A DNA stretch of 64,000 nucleotides from Spirochaetia bacterium (GCA_965203905.1 CBDBDQ010000005.1:6624001-6688000), one strand, 5' to 3'; shown: positions 51,089 through 61,210, counted from the first letter of the stretch. Numbers and translations: made by a program. Notes: a model not told the origin generated them from the letters alone.

Positions 51089-51119
51089 GGAGTGAGCGCC
51101 GCCACATCCCACCGTATGG

Positions 51120-51203
51120 TTCACGCACAGCGCGCGGCTGCCCGCCGCGCAGCCGCCGATCAGCGGGCTGCTCTACAGCGACGCGCCGCGATCGGCGCCG
51201 AGG
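51120..51203 (-). repeat. dppC extreme 3' tail plus conserved downstream sequence
   Basis: LGADRGASL-stop followed by the element also seen at 14904, 33618 and 45929. Confidence 0.8.
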
Positions 51204-51310
51204 CACCGCCGGACCAGGAGCGTGGTTGCGCCGCGCGATTCCGCATTGTAATCGTATTTGCATGAAGGTAGCTTTTCTAAACTCTTTGGAAGGAGCGGAA
51301 CCGATTCTGC

Positions 51311-52190
51311 ATGACTATTCCCGTCAGCAACGAGGGCGGCAACCCCACCGGCCACGCTTGGCTCAGGCGTGAGTTGAAGTTGGCGGTCCCGCCGCCGGCG
51401 GTCGAGAGCTACGTCGTGGCAGGGACGCGGCGCACCGAGGTGCGCGGTCGGCGAGTCGTGGAACAGTATCCCCGGCAATATGCCACGGAGGAATCGATCG
51501 TGGCACATATCAGGTTCGCACTGCGCCATGAACCGATCGACCTCGGCGTGCTGGTTGCCACCTTCAAGGCAATCGAAGCCGACCTGGAAGCCTGGGTGAG
51601 AGCAGAGCCCACGGGTGCGTTCAGCCGCCGCACGTGGTTCTTCTACGAGACGTTCACCGGCCGGATGTTGGATCCATCGCTTCCTGATACACCACGTGGC
51701 TTTCCAGACGAGGCTACAGCCCGCCCGGCGTCATCTTCCCGGTGTCGGCAGCGATTCTCCGCGACCGGCGGAGTTACGATGAAACCCTCGAAACTTTTTC
51801 GCGGGCGACGCTCGGACTGATCCGATGGAGGTGGACGGGTGCGCGAGAAATCGTGGTCGACAATGAGACCGCCGATCTCTATCGGTACTTCGACGCGACC
51901 GCATTCGCGGAGTACCTGCACGACCGCGTTGCCGATACGGTTCGCCGCGATCTCACGGAAGAGCTTGCATTCATCGCGGTGTTCGACCGGGCGTTTGCCG
52001 CGGTACGTGAGATCGTCGATATGCCGGACCGTCGGGTGGCGTTGTTCGTGCGGCTCTGCATGCAAAACAGCGGCCGGCTTTCCGCGACGAAACGGCGCCT
52101 TTTCGCAGAACTGAACGACGTCAAAGTCGCCGCGATGCAGGCATCGGTCGGGGAAGCGCTCGCCGACCCCGTTTCAGGCCCATCAGCTTG
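51311..52190 (+). pseudogene. Fic family protein with central deletion
   Basis: N-terminal FALRHEPIDL..RRTWFFYE and C-terminal YRYFDAT..IVDMPDR segments; the HPFxDGNGR region is absent. Confidence 0.7.
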
Positions 52191-52194
52191 ACCG

Positions 52195-52335
52195 CGGGGT
52201 AGCTCGCTGCGCCACACACGGACCACATGGACGTGGGCCGTGCCCGGCGATAGACAATACGAAACGGTGGCTGGATGAGTTCCCGAAGAGCAGGCTGATC
52301 GAACTCGGGCACGACTCGTCCGCTGTCGGGAAACT
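52195..52335 (-). pseudogene. ParE toxin fragment (also at 54825-54965 and 59262-59380)
   Basis: FPDSGRVVPEFDQPALRELIQPPFRIVY. Confidence 0.8.
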
Positions 52336-52387
52336 GAACGTTGGTTGTCGGGACCGTGGCGGCTACCATCGCACCATCGTGTGCTAG

Positions 52388-52625
52388 TTTCCTCGGCTAC
52401 GGTCTGCCGCCCGGCACTCCCGACTGGGGCGCCATGCTGAGCTGGGAAGGGCGCAAGTACATGGAGGTGGCCCCCTGGCTGGCGCTCTGGCCCGGCCTCT
52501 GCCTCACGATCGTCGTGTACAGCCTGAACATGCTCGGCGACGCGCTCAGGGACCTGCTCGATCCGAGGTTGCGCGGCGCCGCGCCACCACCCTCAGGGGC
52601 CGCAGCGGTCGTCTCGGCGCTGAGC
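52388..52625 (+). pseudogene. dppC 3' fragment in inverted orientation
   Basis: FLGYGLPPGTPDWGAMLS..GDALRDLLDPRLRG. Confidence 0.85.
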
Positions 52626-52702
52626 ACGCCGCGTCGGCGTGACGACGCGAGCCACCGGCGCCTCGCCCGCGCCCGGGTGTCCGCTCAGCAGGGCGCGCGC
52701 CA

Positions 52703-52993
52703 TCAGACCTCGGCGTGGACCGGATGCACCTGGCTGGAGATCTCGGCACCGCGTTCACGTTCGACGGTCGCCAAATCGTATTGCCCCTGGAGATCGAGCC
52801 AGAAGCGGGGGCTGTTGCCAAAGTAGCGCCCGAGGCGCAGCGCGGTGTCGGCGGTGATGGAACGGCGTCCATTCAGGATGTCGGTGATGCGGCCGGACGG
52901 AACAGCAAGGTCGAGCGCCAAGCGGTTGGCGCTCAGGCGACGGGCTTCAAGCTCACGCTTGAGCAACCGGCCGGGGTGCGAAATCGGGGCCAT
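52703..52993 (-). CDS. higA: HigA antitoxin
   Basis: HPGRLLK..ITADTALRLGRYFGNSPRFWLDLQ. Confidence 0.92.
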   Translation of the reverse strand: MAPISHPGRLLKRELEARRLSANRLALDLAVPSGRITDILNGRRSITADTALRLGRYFGNSPRFWLDLQGQYDLATVERERGAEISSQVHPVHAEV

Positions 52994-53012
52994 AACTTGT
53001 ACCTCCTACCCG

Positions 53013-53295
53013 CTAATGGTAGTCGACGATCTCAACCTCATGAGCGTCACCTCTGCGGAACTCGAAGCAAATGCGCCATGGTCCGTTTACCGTCATCGCC
53101 CATTGGTCCTTACGGTCGCCCTTGAGTTTGTGTAACCCGACGCTCTTGAGTGGGCTCAGGTCGTGGAGCCTCTGAGCCACGTTCAGAGCCAACAACAGAT
53201 CGACTGCAGCAGCGAAGTCCAGACCGGCGAAACGGTTCGGCTGTTCACCGAGCCAAACCTTCTCGCTTGCTGCGTTACGCCCAGGAGCGGATCAC
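53013..53295 (-). CDS. higB: HigB toxin, 1-nt insertion near start
   Basis: LHKLKGDRKDQWAMTVNGPWRICFEF..EIVDYH; GTG ATC CGC TCC TGG at 53295 joins the frame if one G is removed. Confidence 0.85.
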
Positions 53296-53487
53296 GGATA
53301 AACATACTACGAGACACAGTAAAGTGGCACGGCTTCATTTGGCGTGTTCCACCGTGGCGGCGAACGCTTCCACTTCGTGGGCCGAGATTAGCCGCACGAA
53401 CCGGATGTGCGACCAGCGCGGGTCCGACCGGTACTTCACCGACAGCCGTTGCCGGCTTGCCCGGCATGAGGCTTGCCGGCTTGCCTC

Positions 53488-53700
53488 CTGGGGAATCTCG
53501 GAATGTTCCTCCTCCCCAGCCTGATTCTGGGCACGTCCTCTTCGGCCGCCGCCATACGGATATTGCCGATCGCCACCGGGGTCGTGTGGATCAATCTGAT
53601 GATCGACCTGCTCTATGCCTATCTGGGTCCGAGGTTGCGCGACGCCAGCACGCTCAGGGGCCGGGTCGGTCGTCTCGGCCGCCGAGCGCGCCGCGGCGGC
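53488..53700 (+). pseudogene. Collapsed dppB/dppC mosaic fragment
   Basis: GNLGMFLLPSLILGT joined to ATGVVWINLMIDLLYAYL.PRLR. Confidence 0.75.
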
Positions 53701-53835
53701 CGGTCCGACGACGCGAGCCACCGCAGGCCACGTCCATCGCGTCCATCGGCACGCCGCGTAGGTGCACGCAGGTGCTGCAGGTGCTAGGCCAGGTTGACAG
53801 GCGCCGCGCTGGGGGGACACTCACAGAGAGAAACG

Positions 53836-54245
53836 CTTCTTCAACACCTCGGGGCCGGTGGTTGCCGCCGACCACTACTGCGTGCCGGCGCTCGAACGAC
53901 TCGATCTGAGCGAGGTCCTCTCGCTGATCGGCACCAAGCGCTACTTCGTGCTGCACGCGCCGCGCCAGACCGGCAAGACCTCGGCGCTGCTGGCACTCCG
54001 CGATCTGCTGAACGCGGGCGCCCACGGCAGGTACCGTTGCGTCTACGTGAACGTGGAGGCCGGCCAGGCGGCACGGGAAAACCAGGCGGAGGCGATGCGC
54101 GCCACCCTCAGCGAACTGGAAGTCGAGGCGGAGGCGACGCTCGACGACCCGTTGCCCGCCACCCTGTGGCCGAGGCTGCTGGATCGCGCCGGCCCGCTGG
54201 GAGTGTTGCGAGTGTTGCGCCAGGTGTTGACGCGGTGGGCCCAGG
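53836..54245 (+). pseudogene. AAA ATPase (FNTxGP..HAPRQTGKT type) 5' fragment
   Basis: FFNTSGPVVAADHYC..YFVLHAPRQTGKTS. Confidence 0.8.
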
Positions 54246-54247
54246 CC

Positions 54248-54820
54248 ACTCGACGGTCCGGCATGTCGACGATCTCCCGTACCGCGGCACACACCCGGTC
54301 GAACACCGCGATGAACGCAAGCTCTTCGGTGAGATCACGGCGCACCGTATCGGCAACGCGGTCGTGCAGGTCGATCGGTTCATGGCGCAAGTGCGAAACT
54401 GAGATGTGCCACGATCGATTGCTCCGTGGCATATTGCCGGGGATACTGTTCCACGATTCGCCGGCCGCGCACCTCGGTGCGCCGCGCCCCTGCCACGACG
54501 TAGCTCTCGACCGCCGGCGGCGGGACCGCCAACTTCAGCTCACGCCTGAGCCAAGCGTGGCCGGTCGGGCTGCCGTCCTGGTTGCTGACGGGAATAGTCA
54601 TGCAGAATCGATTCCGCTCCTTCCAATGAGTTTAGACAAAGCTATCTTTATGCCGGACTGTCGGGTGGCGCTGTTCGTGCGGCTCTGCATGGAAAACGGC
54701 GGCCGGCTTTCCGCGACGAAAAGACGCATTTTCGCAGAACTGAACGACGTCGAAGTCGCCGCGATGCAGGCATCGATCGGGGAAGCGCTCGCCGACTCCG
54801 TTTCAGGCCCATCAGCTTGA
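54248..54820. pseudogene. Second Fic remnant, 5' part inverted relative to the 3' part
   Basis: 54248-54645 is the reverse complement of parts of 51270-52035; 54650-54820 matches 52021-52190 directly. Confidence 0.8.
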
Positions 54821-55050
54821 CCGCGGGGTAGCTCGCTGCGCCACACGCGGACCACATGGACGTGGGCCGTGCCCCGGCGATAGACAATACGAAACGGTGG
54901 CTGGATGAGTTCCCGAAGAGCAGGCTGATCGAACTCGGGCACGACTCGTCCGCTGTCGGGAAATTGAACGTTGGTTGTCGGGACCGTGGCGGCTACCATC
55001 GCACCATCGTGTGCAAGTGGCGCAAGTGGTTCAGTGATCGGCGGGCTGCC

Positions 55051-55928
55051 CTACCGCGACGCAGCGCGATCGGCGCCGAGACGGCCGCCACCGCCGCGCA
55101 GCCGCGGGTCGAGCAGGTCGCGCACCGCGTCGCCGAACATGTTCAGGCAGTACACGACAACCGTCAGACACAGCCCCGGCCACAGCGCCAGCCGCGGCGC
55201 CACCTCCATGAACTCGCGCCCTTCCCGGCTCAGCATCCCGCCCCAGCTCGGCACCGAGATCGGCAGTCCGAACCCCAGGAAGCTCAGCGCAGCCTCGCTG
55301 ATGATCACGCCACCCACGTTGATCGTGAAAATGATGATCACCGGAGCCGCGATGTTGGGCAGGACGTGGTGGATGAGGGTTCTCCACCGGGTGCCGCCGA
55401 TCGCCTCGGCCGCCTGAAAGTAGGCATTCTCCTTGACGCCGATCACCGCGCCGCGGACCACTCGCGAACCGCCGATGCCGCCTGTTACCCCCAGCACCAC
55501 GATGATCTGCGGCAAACCCCGACCTACCAGCGACATGATGGTGAGCAACAGCAGCAGCCCCGGAAACGCCATCCAGGCGTCGACGAAGCGCTGCATCGCC
55601 AGGTCGAGTCGACCGCCGAAGAATCCCGATATGCCGCCGACCAGCACCGCCACCACGACGTTGACCATGGTCGCCGCCAGACCCACGGTCAGCGAAATCC
55701 GGGCGCCGAACACCAGGCGGCTCAGCAGGTCGCGCCCCAACTGGTCGGTCCCCAACAGGTACCGGTTGGAGGGCGCCTGCATCCGGTCCACGATGTTGAC
55801 TTCATCATGCGGGTAAGGCGCCAGCACATCGGCAAAGATCGCCACCAGAATCAACAGCAGGATGACCACCCCGGCGATGATGCTCAGCGGCTTCTTTCCT
55901 TGACCAGCGTGTGAAAGAACTCAGTCAT
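55051..55928 (-). CDS. dppC: DppC-like permease, indels near the 5' end
   Basis: Near-identical to the other dppC copies. Confidence 0.85.
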
Positions 55929-56315
55929 AGCGCACCCTCGGGTCCAGGACGGCGTAGATCAGGTCGATGAGTTAGATTGATCACCACCACCCCGGTGGCG
56001 AACAACAGGTTAATGCCGGAGACCATCGGGTAGTCTCTGTCATTGAGGGCATGGAGCAAGAGGCGACCGAGCCCCGGCAGGTTGAAGATGTTCTCCATGA
56101 TCACCGCACGCCCCACCAGAATCGGCAACTGCAGGCCGATCAGGGACACCACCGGGATGAGGGCGTTCTTGACGGCGTGTCGGACCACCACGGCCCGCTC
56201 CTTCAGCCCCTTGGACCAGGCGGTGCGGATATAGTCCTGCCTCAGCACCTCCAGCATCATGGTACGCGTCATCCGCATGGTGGCGGCAGCCGCGGCGGTG
56301 CCCGGAATCAGGCTG
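55921..56315 (-). pseudogene. dppB 3' half only
   Basis: MRMTRTMMLEVLRQDYIRTAWSKGL onward; the 5' half is replaced by an ATPase fragment. Confidence 0.85.
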
Positions 56316-56326
56316 GTGGCCGCGGT

Positions 56327-56971
56327 CTACTGCGCCAGCAGTGCCCGTATCTCCTGCTCCGAGAATTCGCCCAGGCGCAGCGACTCGGACTTGATGTTGA
56401 AAGCGCTGCCGCCGAGCACCAGCCGATTCTCGGCCGCGCGAGTGGATGCCGTAGCGCGCACGTCGCCGCTGCGCAACTGCCGCAGCACCGCCAGCAGGGT
56501 GTCGCCCACCAGCGCGTCGATCTCATCGATCAGCAGCACCAGCGGCCGCGGATCGGCCATGCTCCAGCGCGCCAGTGCCTGGCGCAGTGCTGTGCCAGGC
56601 ACTACCCGCTCCAGCAGGCCGGGCCAGAGTTCCTCCAGGGTGTCGTCGCCCAGCGTCACGCTCGCCTGGAGCGCCAGTTCGGCAAGCACGGTGCGCACGC
56701 GCTCGGCCACGTTCTCACGCATCGCATGGCCATCCTCCACGTTGGCGTACATGCAACGGAAATCGCCGGCAGCGCCGCCGTTCAGCAGATCCCGCAGTTC
56801 CAGCAGCGCCGAGGTCTTGCCGGTCTGCCGCGGTGCGTGCAGCACGAAGTACTTCTTGTCCCGGACCAAGCCGAGCACCGCATCGAGATCGATCCGCTCC
56901 AGCGGTGGGATGCAGTAGTGGTCCGCGGCCACTACGGAACCCGCGGTGTTGAACTGGCGCACGGTCGCCAT
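56327..56971 (-). pseudogene. AAA ATPase remnant (paralog of the 53836 fragment)
   Basis: FNTAGS..HAPRQTGKTS..LLIDEIDAL..SAFNIKSESL; internally deleted and truncated. Confidence 0.8.
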
Positions 56972-57199
56972 CGTCGCAGAGTACGGCTCGGCTGTCATCC
57001 TCGCCAACAACCCGCTACCCGGAGCCCGACCACCGAACAAGCTGCATCTCGTCCTCGTGGGTCACTCCGCCGTGGTCCTCGACCAACCACTACCGCCAGC
57101 CGTCGTGAGCAGGGATGATGTTTCGCGCTGACTCAGCCCGTCCGCGGGACGCGGAGGCCACGGCGGCCGATACCGTGCTTGGCGCCGCCGAACCGCCTC

Positions 57200-57256
57200 A
57201 TGTGCCCGCGCAGCCGCAGATCGAGCAGGTCGCGCAGCGCGTCGCCGAACATGTCT
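57200..57256 (-). pseudogene. Orphan 3' tail of dppC
   Basis: DMFGDALRDLLDLRLRG. Confidence 0.78.
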
Positions 57257-57292
57257 GGGAAAAAGAAAAGCGCATAGAACACCTCCTTTGTT

Positions 57293-57706
57293 TTACGCGG
57301 CCACTGAGGCCACTTCAAGGCGCAATCCGATGGCACCTAAAGCAGCATCCATCTGATCCAACCGAGAATGGTGATTGACGTTCAACACACGATCTACTTG
57401 TGGGAGATGCCAGCCCAAGCGCCGTGCCAACTCGGCCTTGCCGATGTTCTGATCACGCATGCCTTGGTACAGGATCACTTTGACGGCGGTAAGGGTCGGC
57501 AGTTGGACGGTGATATCGCCTGGGGATGGCATGGGAATATCTCTCCGATCGTGGATACGAGCGGCGACCGCTTCTTCTAACGCATCGACCGCCCTCACCA
57601 ACGCTTCATCATGATCTTCACCGAATGTAGTCAGTTCTGGAAAATCAGGAGACGTTACGAGTAAAGTATCGTCGTCTTCTTCAAGAATAATTGTGTAACA
57701 CAACAT
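57293..57706 (-). CDS. hicB: HicB antitoxin
   Basis: YTIILEED..VTSPDFPELTTFGED..EAL..A plus C-terminal HTH; low GC. Confidence 0.9.
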   Translation of the reverse strand: MLCYTIILEEDDDTLLVTSPDFPELTTFGEDHDEALVRAVDALEEAVAARIHDRRDIPMPSPGDITVQLPTLTAVKVILYQGMRDQNIGKAELARRLGWHLPQVDRVLNVNHHSRLDQMDAALGAIGLRLEVASVAA

Positions 57707-57776
57707 GTCATTGAGTTCCAAGAAATAGTTTTGATATCGCAACTTCAAGAGTCGCCGCGTTTAACCAAGCCCTTTG

Positions 57777-57965
57777 TTAATCCAGGCCTAGATCCTTCTT
57801 AATCTTGGCAACAAGGCCCTTCCCCAGATCCTTATCTGAGCCGTGCACAGGAAACTGAGATACGAGACCATCGCGTCGAACGGTCACATGCCCTCCTCCA
57901 CCCTTGTGGGCTTCGAAGGTGCACCCTCTTTTCTTCAACCATCGTCGTAGTTCGGAACCTTTCAC
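57777..57965 (-). CDS. hicA: HicA toxin
   Basis: ELRRWLKKRGC..GGGHV..PVHGSDKDLGKGLVAKIKKDLGL. Confidence 0.9.
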   Translation of the reverse strand: MKGSELRRWLKKRGCTFEAHKGGGGHVTVRRDGLVSQFPVHGSDKDLGKGLVAKIKKDLGLD

Positions 57966-58179
57966 CTATCCCTCTAGCTTCCGGGGGACCTGCCCCGCCG
58001 ATTTTTTGACCCTTTCTCATTTGGATGACTCCTCCGTAGGGAGAAGTATACACAACAGATCTGTTTATAGGCAACCAGGAGGCTCTCACGGCCAGACTGA
58101 CTGGGCTTTGCCGAGTTGACGTCGGTCGGGCGTCCCATCGAACGGGAAGCGGCCCCGTTGATGATTGGGCGTACCAATG

Positions 58180-59261
58180 GCGTACCACGGCGCCGCGGCG
58201 TACCACTCCTTCACCCGCGGCGGCGGTCAGGAGCCGCTGTTCATCACCGGCGCGTCGCCGATCACCATGGACGACGTGACCAGCGGCTTCAGCATCGGCA
58301 CCAACATAACCTGGAACCGGACTTCAACGAGATGGTCGGCTTCACCGCGGTGGAGGTGCGGCGCTTGGTGGAGAAGTACCGCGACCTGGGCGTGTTCAGC
58401 CAGGAGGTCGTGACCGCCATGGGCATCATGGGCGAGTGGTACAACGGCTACCCGGTTTGCCGAGGAAGCGGAAACCGATCTGTACAACACCGACATGGTA
58501 CTCTACTACCTGAAGCACTCGATGCCGAACCGAGACGTGCCAACGTACCTGATCGACACCAACGTGCGCATCGACTACGGCAAGCTGCGCCACCTGCTGG
58601 TGGTTGGCCGGCAGCTCAACGGCAACTTCGACCTGCTGCGCAACATCATCGGCGAGGAGCGGGTGGACGTGCTGCGCATCCAGCCGAGCTTCCCGCTGAA
58701 ACAGCTCACCGACGAGGAGAACTTCCTGTCCCTGCTGCACTACTTCGGGCTCCTGAGCATCCGTGAGGTGACAGGCGGTGCGCTACGGCTGGGGATTCCC
58801 AACCAGACCGTGAAGCGGCTGATGTACGGGTATCTGCGCGATGCCCACCGCGACGTGGAGGTGTTCCGGATCAGCCTGTTCCGGTTCGAGCAGTCGCTGA
58901 TGCGGATGGCCAACAAGGGCGAGTGGCGGCCGGCTTTCGAGTTCCTGGGCGAGGCAATCGCCCGGCAGACCCGGATTCGCGACTACATCGCCGGGGAGAA
59001 GGTAATGGCGCCCCGTGCCGGGGCGCTGGGTTTTCTGGCGGCGTATCTGAGCCTGGCCGACTACTACGTGTTGCGGTCGGAGGTGGGGAAGGGACACGCG
59101 GACATCGCCCTGGAGCCGCTGGTCGCCCGCCACCCGCACTTGCAGCGCGGCTACCTGATCGAGCTCAAGTATCGAGCGCGTTCCGAGCCGGCGGATCAGG
59201 CCGCGGTCACGACGGTGGTCGAGGAGGCGCAGGCGCAGCTCCTGCGGTATCTGGCGGACGA
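58180..59261 (+). pseudogene. AAA-ATPase-like / PD-(D/E)XK remnant (C-terminal part)
   Basis: WYNGY, YNTDMVLYY, IPNQTV and GHADI..LIELKY motifs; lacks the N-terminus. Confidence 0.82.
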
Positions 59262-59387
59262 ACCAGGATCTCCGCTACGATCCGGCTCCCGATGTGCCGG
59301 ATGCCCTGGCTCTGGTACCAGCCCACAAGGTCCTGCAGGTCCGCGAGAGCAGACTCCGAGAAGCGGATCGGTGTGTCAGGCACCCGG

Positions 59388-59658
59388 CTACCCGAGTCCG
59401 AGCCGTTCCTTCACCTCAGTCAGGGACCACTCCCGGCCGGCTTCCAGATCTGCAAGCCCGGCTACCACGGCCCGCATGAAGTCCCGCTCATCCTCGGCTG
59501 CCTCGAAGTCGGCCACCGACTGAACGACGGCTACGCCGCGGCCGCGGCTGGTCAGCAACACCGGCCGGTGCGCCTCCGACGCGTGCCCGACCACCCGACC
59601 CGGATTCACCTTCAAGTCGGTGAGGGGGGACGATATCTTGCGAGAACTTGATACCCAT
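59388..59658 (-). pseudogene. Phd antitoxin, second copy (1-nt insertion) with truncated ParE
   Basis: Near-identical to 14397-14666. Confidence 0.8.
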
Positions 59659-59704
59659 GACTTGGTCCGACAATAGCACCAGATAAGAGGTCCTGTCGAC
59701 GCCC

Positions 59705-59932
59705 ACCACGGCGGCGACCATTGCACCATCGTGCAGTGGCGTAAGTGATTTCGCGTCGGTACCGTGGCCGCCGTCATGGCCCTGATCCCGGTACATGCAT
59801 CCGGTGAAGAGCTGCCCGTGGCGATGGGACGCGTGGTCGGCACACGACGCCGGCACGGGCGGGGATCCCCTCCTGGCGGCGCCGATCCTGGCGGAGGGCG
59901 CCGACGAGCTGGCCGATCCGAACCGCTGGCAG
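59705..59932 (+). pseudogene. Haloperoxidase 5' remnant with serial deletions
   Basis: Patches match 62365-62470, 62568-62650 and 62970-63005. Confidence 0.75.
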
Positions 59933-59978
59933 CTTGGCCGGCGTTGACAAGGATCCGCACATACATGACAGTTCATTT

Positions 59979-60221
59979 ATGAAGACCATTACGATAAATG
60001 TATCGGAGCCGGTCTATCGGGACTTCCAGCGCATCGCCAAGGCGCAGGATCGGACGGCGTCCGAGCTGATTCGGCAGGCGATGGAGGAATTCCGCGAACG
60101 GCGGATCGTCCGCTCCACCACGCTGGCCGATCTGAGCCCGGTATCCGTGGGCCGGGTGCTGGCGCCGTTGCGCCGCGGGGATGACCTGCTGGCCGAACTG
60201 CTCGACGATGATCGGGATTGA
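59979..60221 (+). CDS. CopG/RHH antitoxin
   Basis: MKTITINVSEPVYRDF..TASELIRQAM; TTGACA at 59944, no SD. Confidence 0.85.
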   Translation: MKTITINVSEPVYRDFQRIAKAQDRTASELIRQAMEEFRERRIVRSTTLADLSPVSVGRVLAPLRRGDDLLAELLDDDRD

Positions 60222-60669
60222 TACGACGTTCCTGGTTCAGCTTGAGATTCGGGAGTCCGAGTCGCATGTCGCAGCGCTTGAGGTGCTGCGCGACCGGATT
60301 CTGGGCCGTGACCGCGAAGCGGCGCTCGCGCCGCAGGTGCTCACCGAATTCGTGCACATCGCGACCGACCCGCGTCGCTTCAAGCGGCCGCTCTCCATGG
60401 ATCTGGCGGTCGGGAAGGCTGCTTTCTGGTGGAACGCTCGGGAAGTGGCGAGGGTATTCCCGGATGAGGAGTGCGTGGCGCAGTTCCTGGCCTGGATGAG
60501 GGACCACGGGCTCGGTCGCAAACGACTGCTCGATACGATGCTCGCCGCTACCTACTACGGGTGCGGCATCACCACGATCGCGACATCGAACGCCCGCGAC
60601 TATCGGACATTCGGCGTATTCGAGCTGATCGAGATCTCAGAAGGAGCCGATACGCGCCGACCTACCTGA
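60208..60669 (+). CDS. vapC: VapC PIN-domain toxin
   Basis: MIGIDTTFLV..QVLTEF..LLDTMLAAT..TSNARDY. Confidence 0.88.
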   Translation: MIGIDTTFLVQLEIRESESHVAALEVLRDRILGRDREAALAPQVLTEFVHIATDPRRFKRPLSMDLAVGKAAFWWNAREVARVFPDEECVAQFLAWMRDHGLGRKRLLDTMLAATYYGCGITTIATSNARDYRTFGVFELIEISEGADTRRPT

Positions 60670-60739
60670 TCGACACCCAACGTGTATCGACTACCGCCGC
60701 CTCGCGGCGTCGCTGTCGGCCCAGCCCCGCCTCCCATAC

Positions 60740-60786
60740 GGAGTCCTGTCGGATCTGCCGCTGACGCGCCAATCCGACAGACTCCT
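60740..60786. mobile_element. Miniature IS1182-end derivative / hairpin
   Basis: GGAGTCCTGTCGGAT...ATCCGACAGACTCCT matches the IS1182 terminal repeats. Confidence 0.7.
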
Positions 60787-61210
60787 AATGCGCCTGTGAC
60801 AGCTCGATGGTGACGTTGTCGGGGGCTTGCAGGAAGCAGATCACGTGACCCGGGCTGAACTCGAACGGTTCGGCGGCGAAGGTGGCGCCCTTGGCGCGGA
60901 TCTCCTCGCAGAACGCAGGCAGGTCGCCGTGGTAATCGTAGCCGAAGTGGTCGGCACCCCACCCGTCGTGGCTCACATAGCCGGCGAACTGCCGCATCGG
61001 CTTGGTGTCGATCTCCGGCGACTCGCCCGGCCGGCGGCCGCGGATCAGCAGCCGCATGCCGCCGAGATGGACGGTGAACTGCGGCGCCCCCAGCAGCTCC
61101 GACTGGTCGGCGATGCTGCCGCCGAGGATCTCCTCGTACCAGCGCGCCGCGGCCTGCGGATCCTCGCTGATCAGATGAATGTGGTCGAACCTGACTCCCG
61201 TACTGCCCAT
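60785..61210 (-). CDS. VOC/glyoxalase family protein
   Basis: FDHIHL..AARWY, DHFG and FLQAPDNVTIEL motifs; AAGGAGG RBS. Confidence 0.9.
   Translation of the reverse strand: MGSTGVRFDHIHLISEDPQAAARWYEEILGGSIADQSELLGAPQFTVHLGGMRLLIRGRRPGESPEIDTKPMRQFAGYVSHDGWGADHFGYDYHGDLPAFCEEIRAKGATFAAEPFEFSPGHVICFLQAPDNVTIELSQAH

Noticed and set aside
53858-54820. 320 aa ATPase-Fic fusion protein
   Set aside because: Chance read-through across an ATPase fragment, an inverted Fic piece and a Fic tail.
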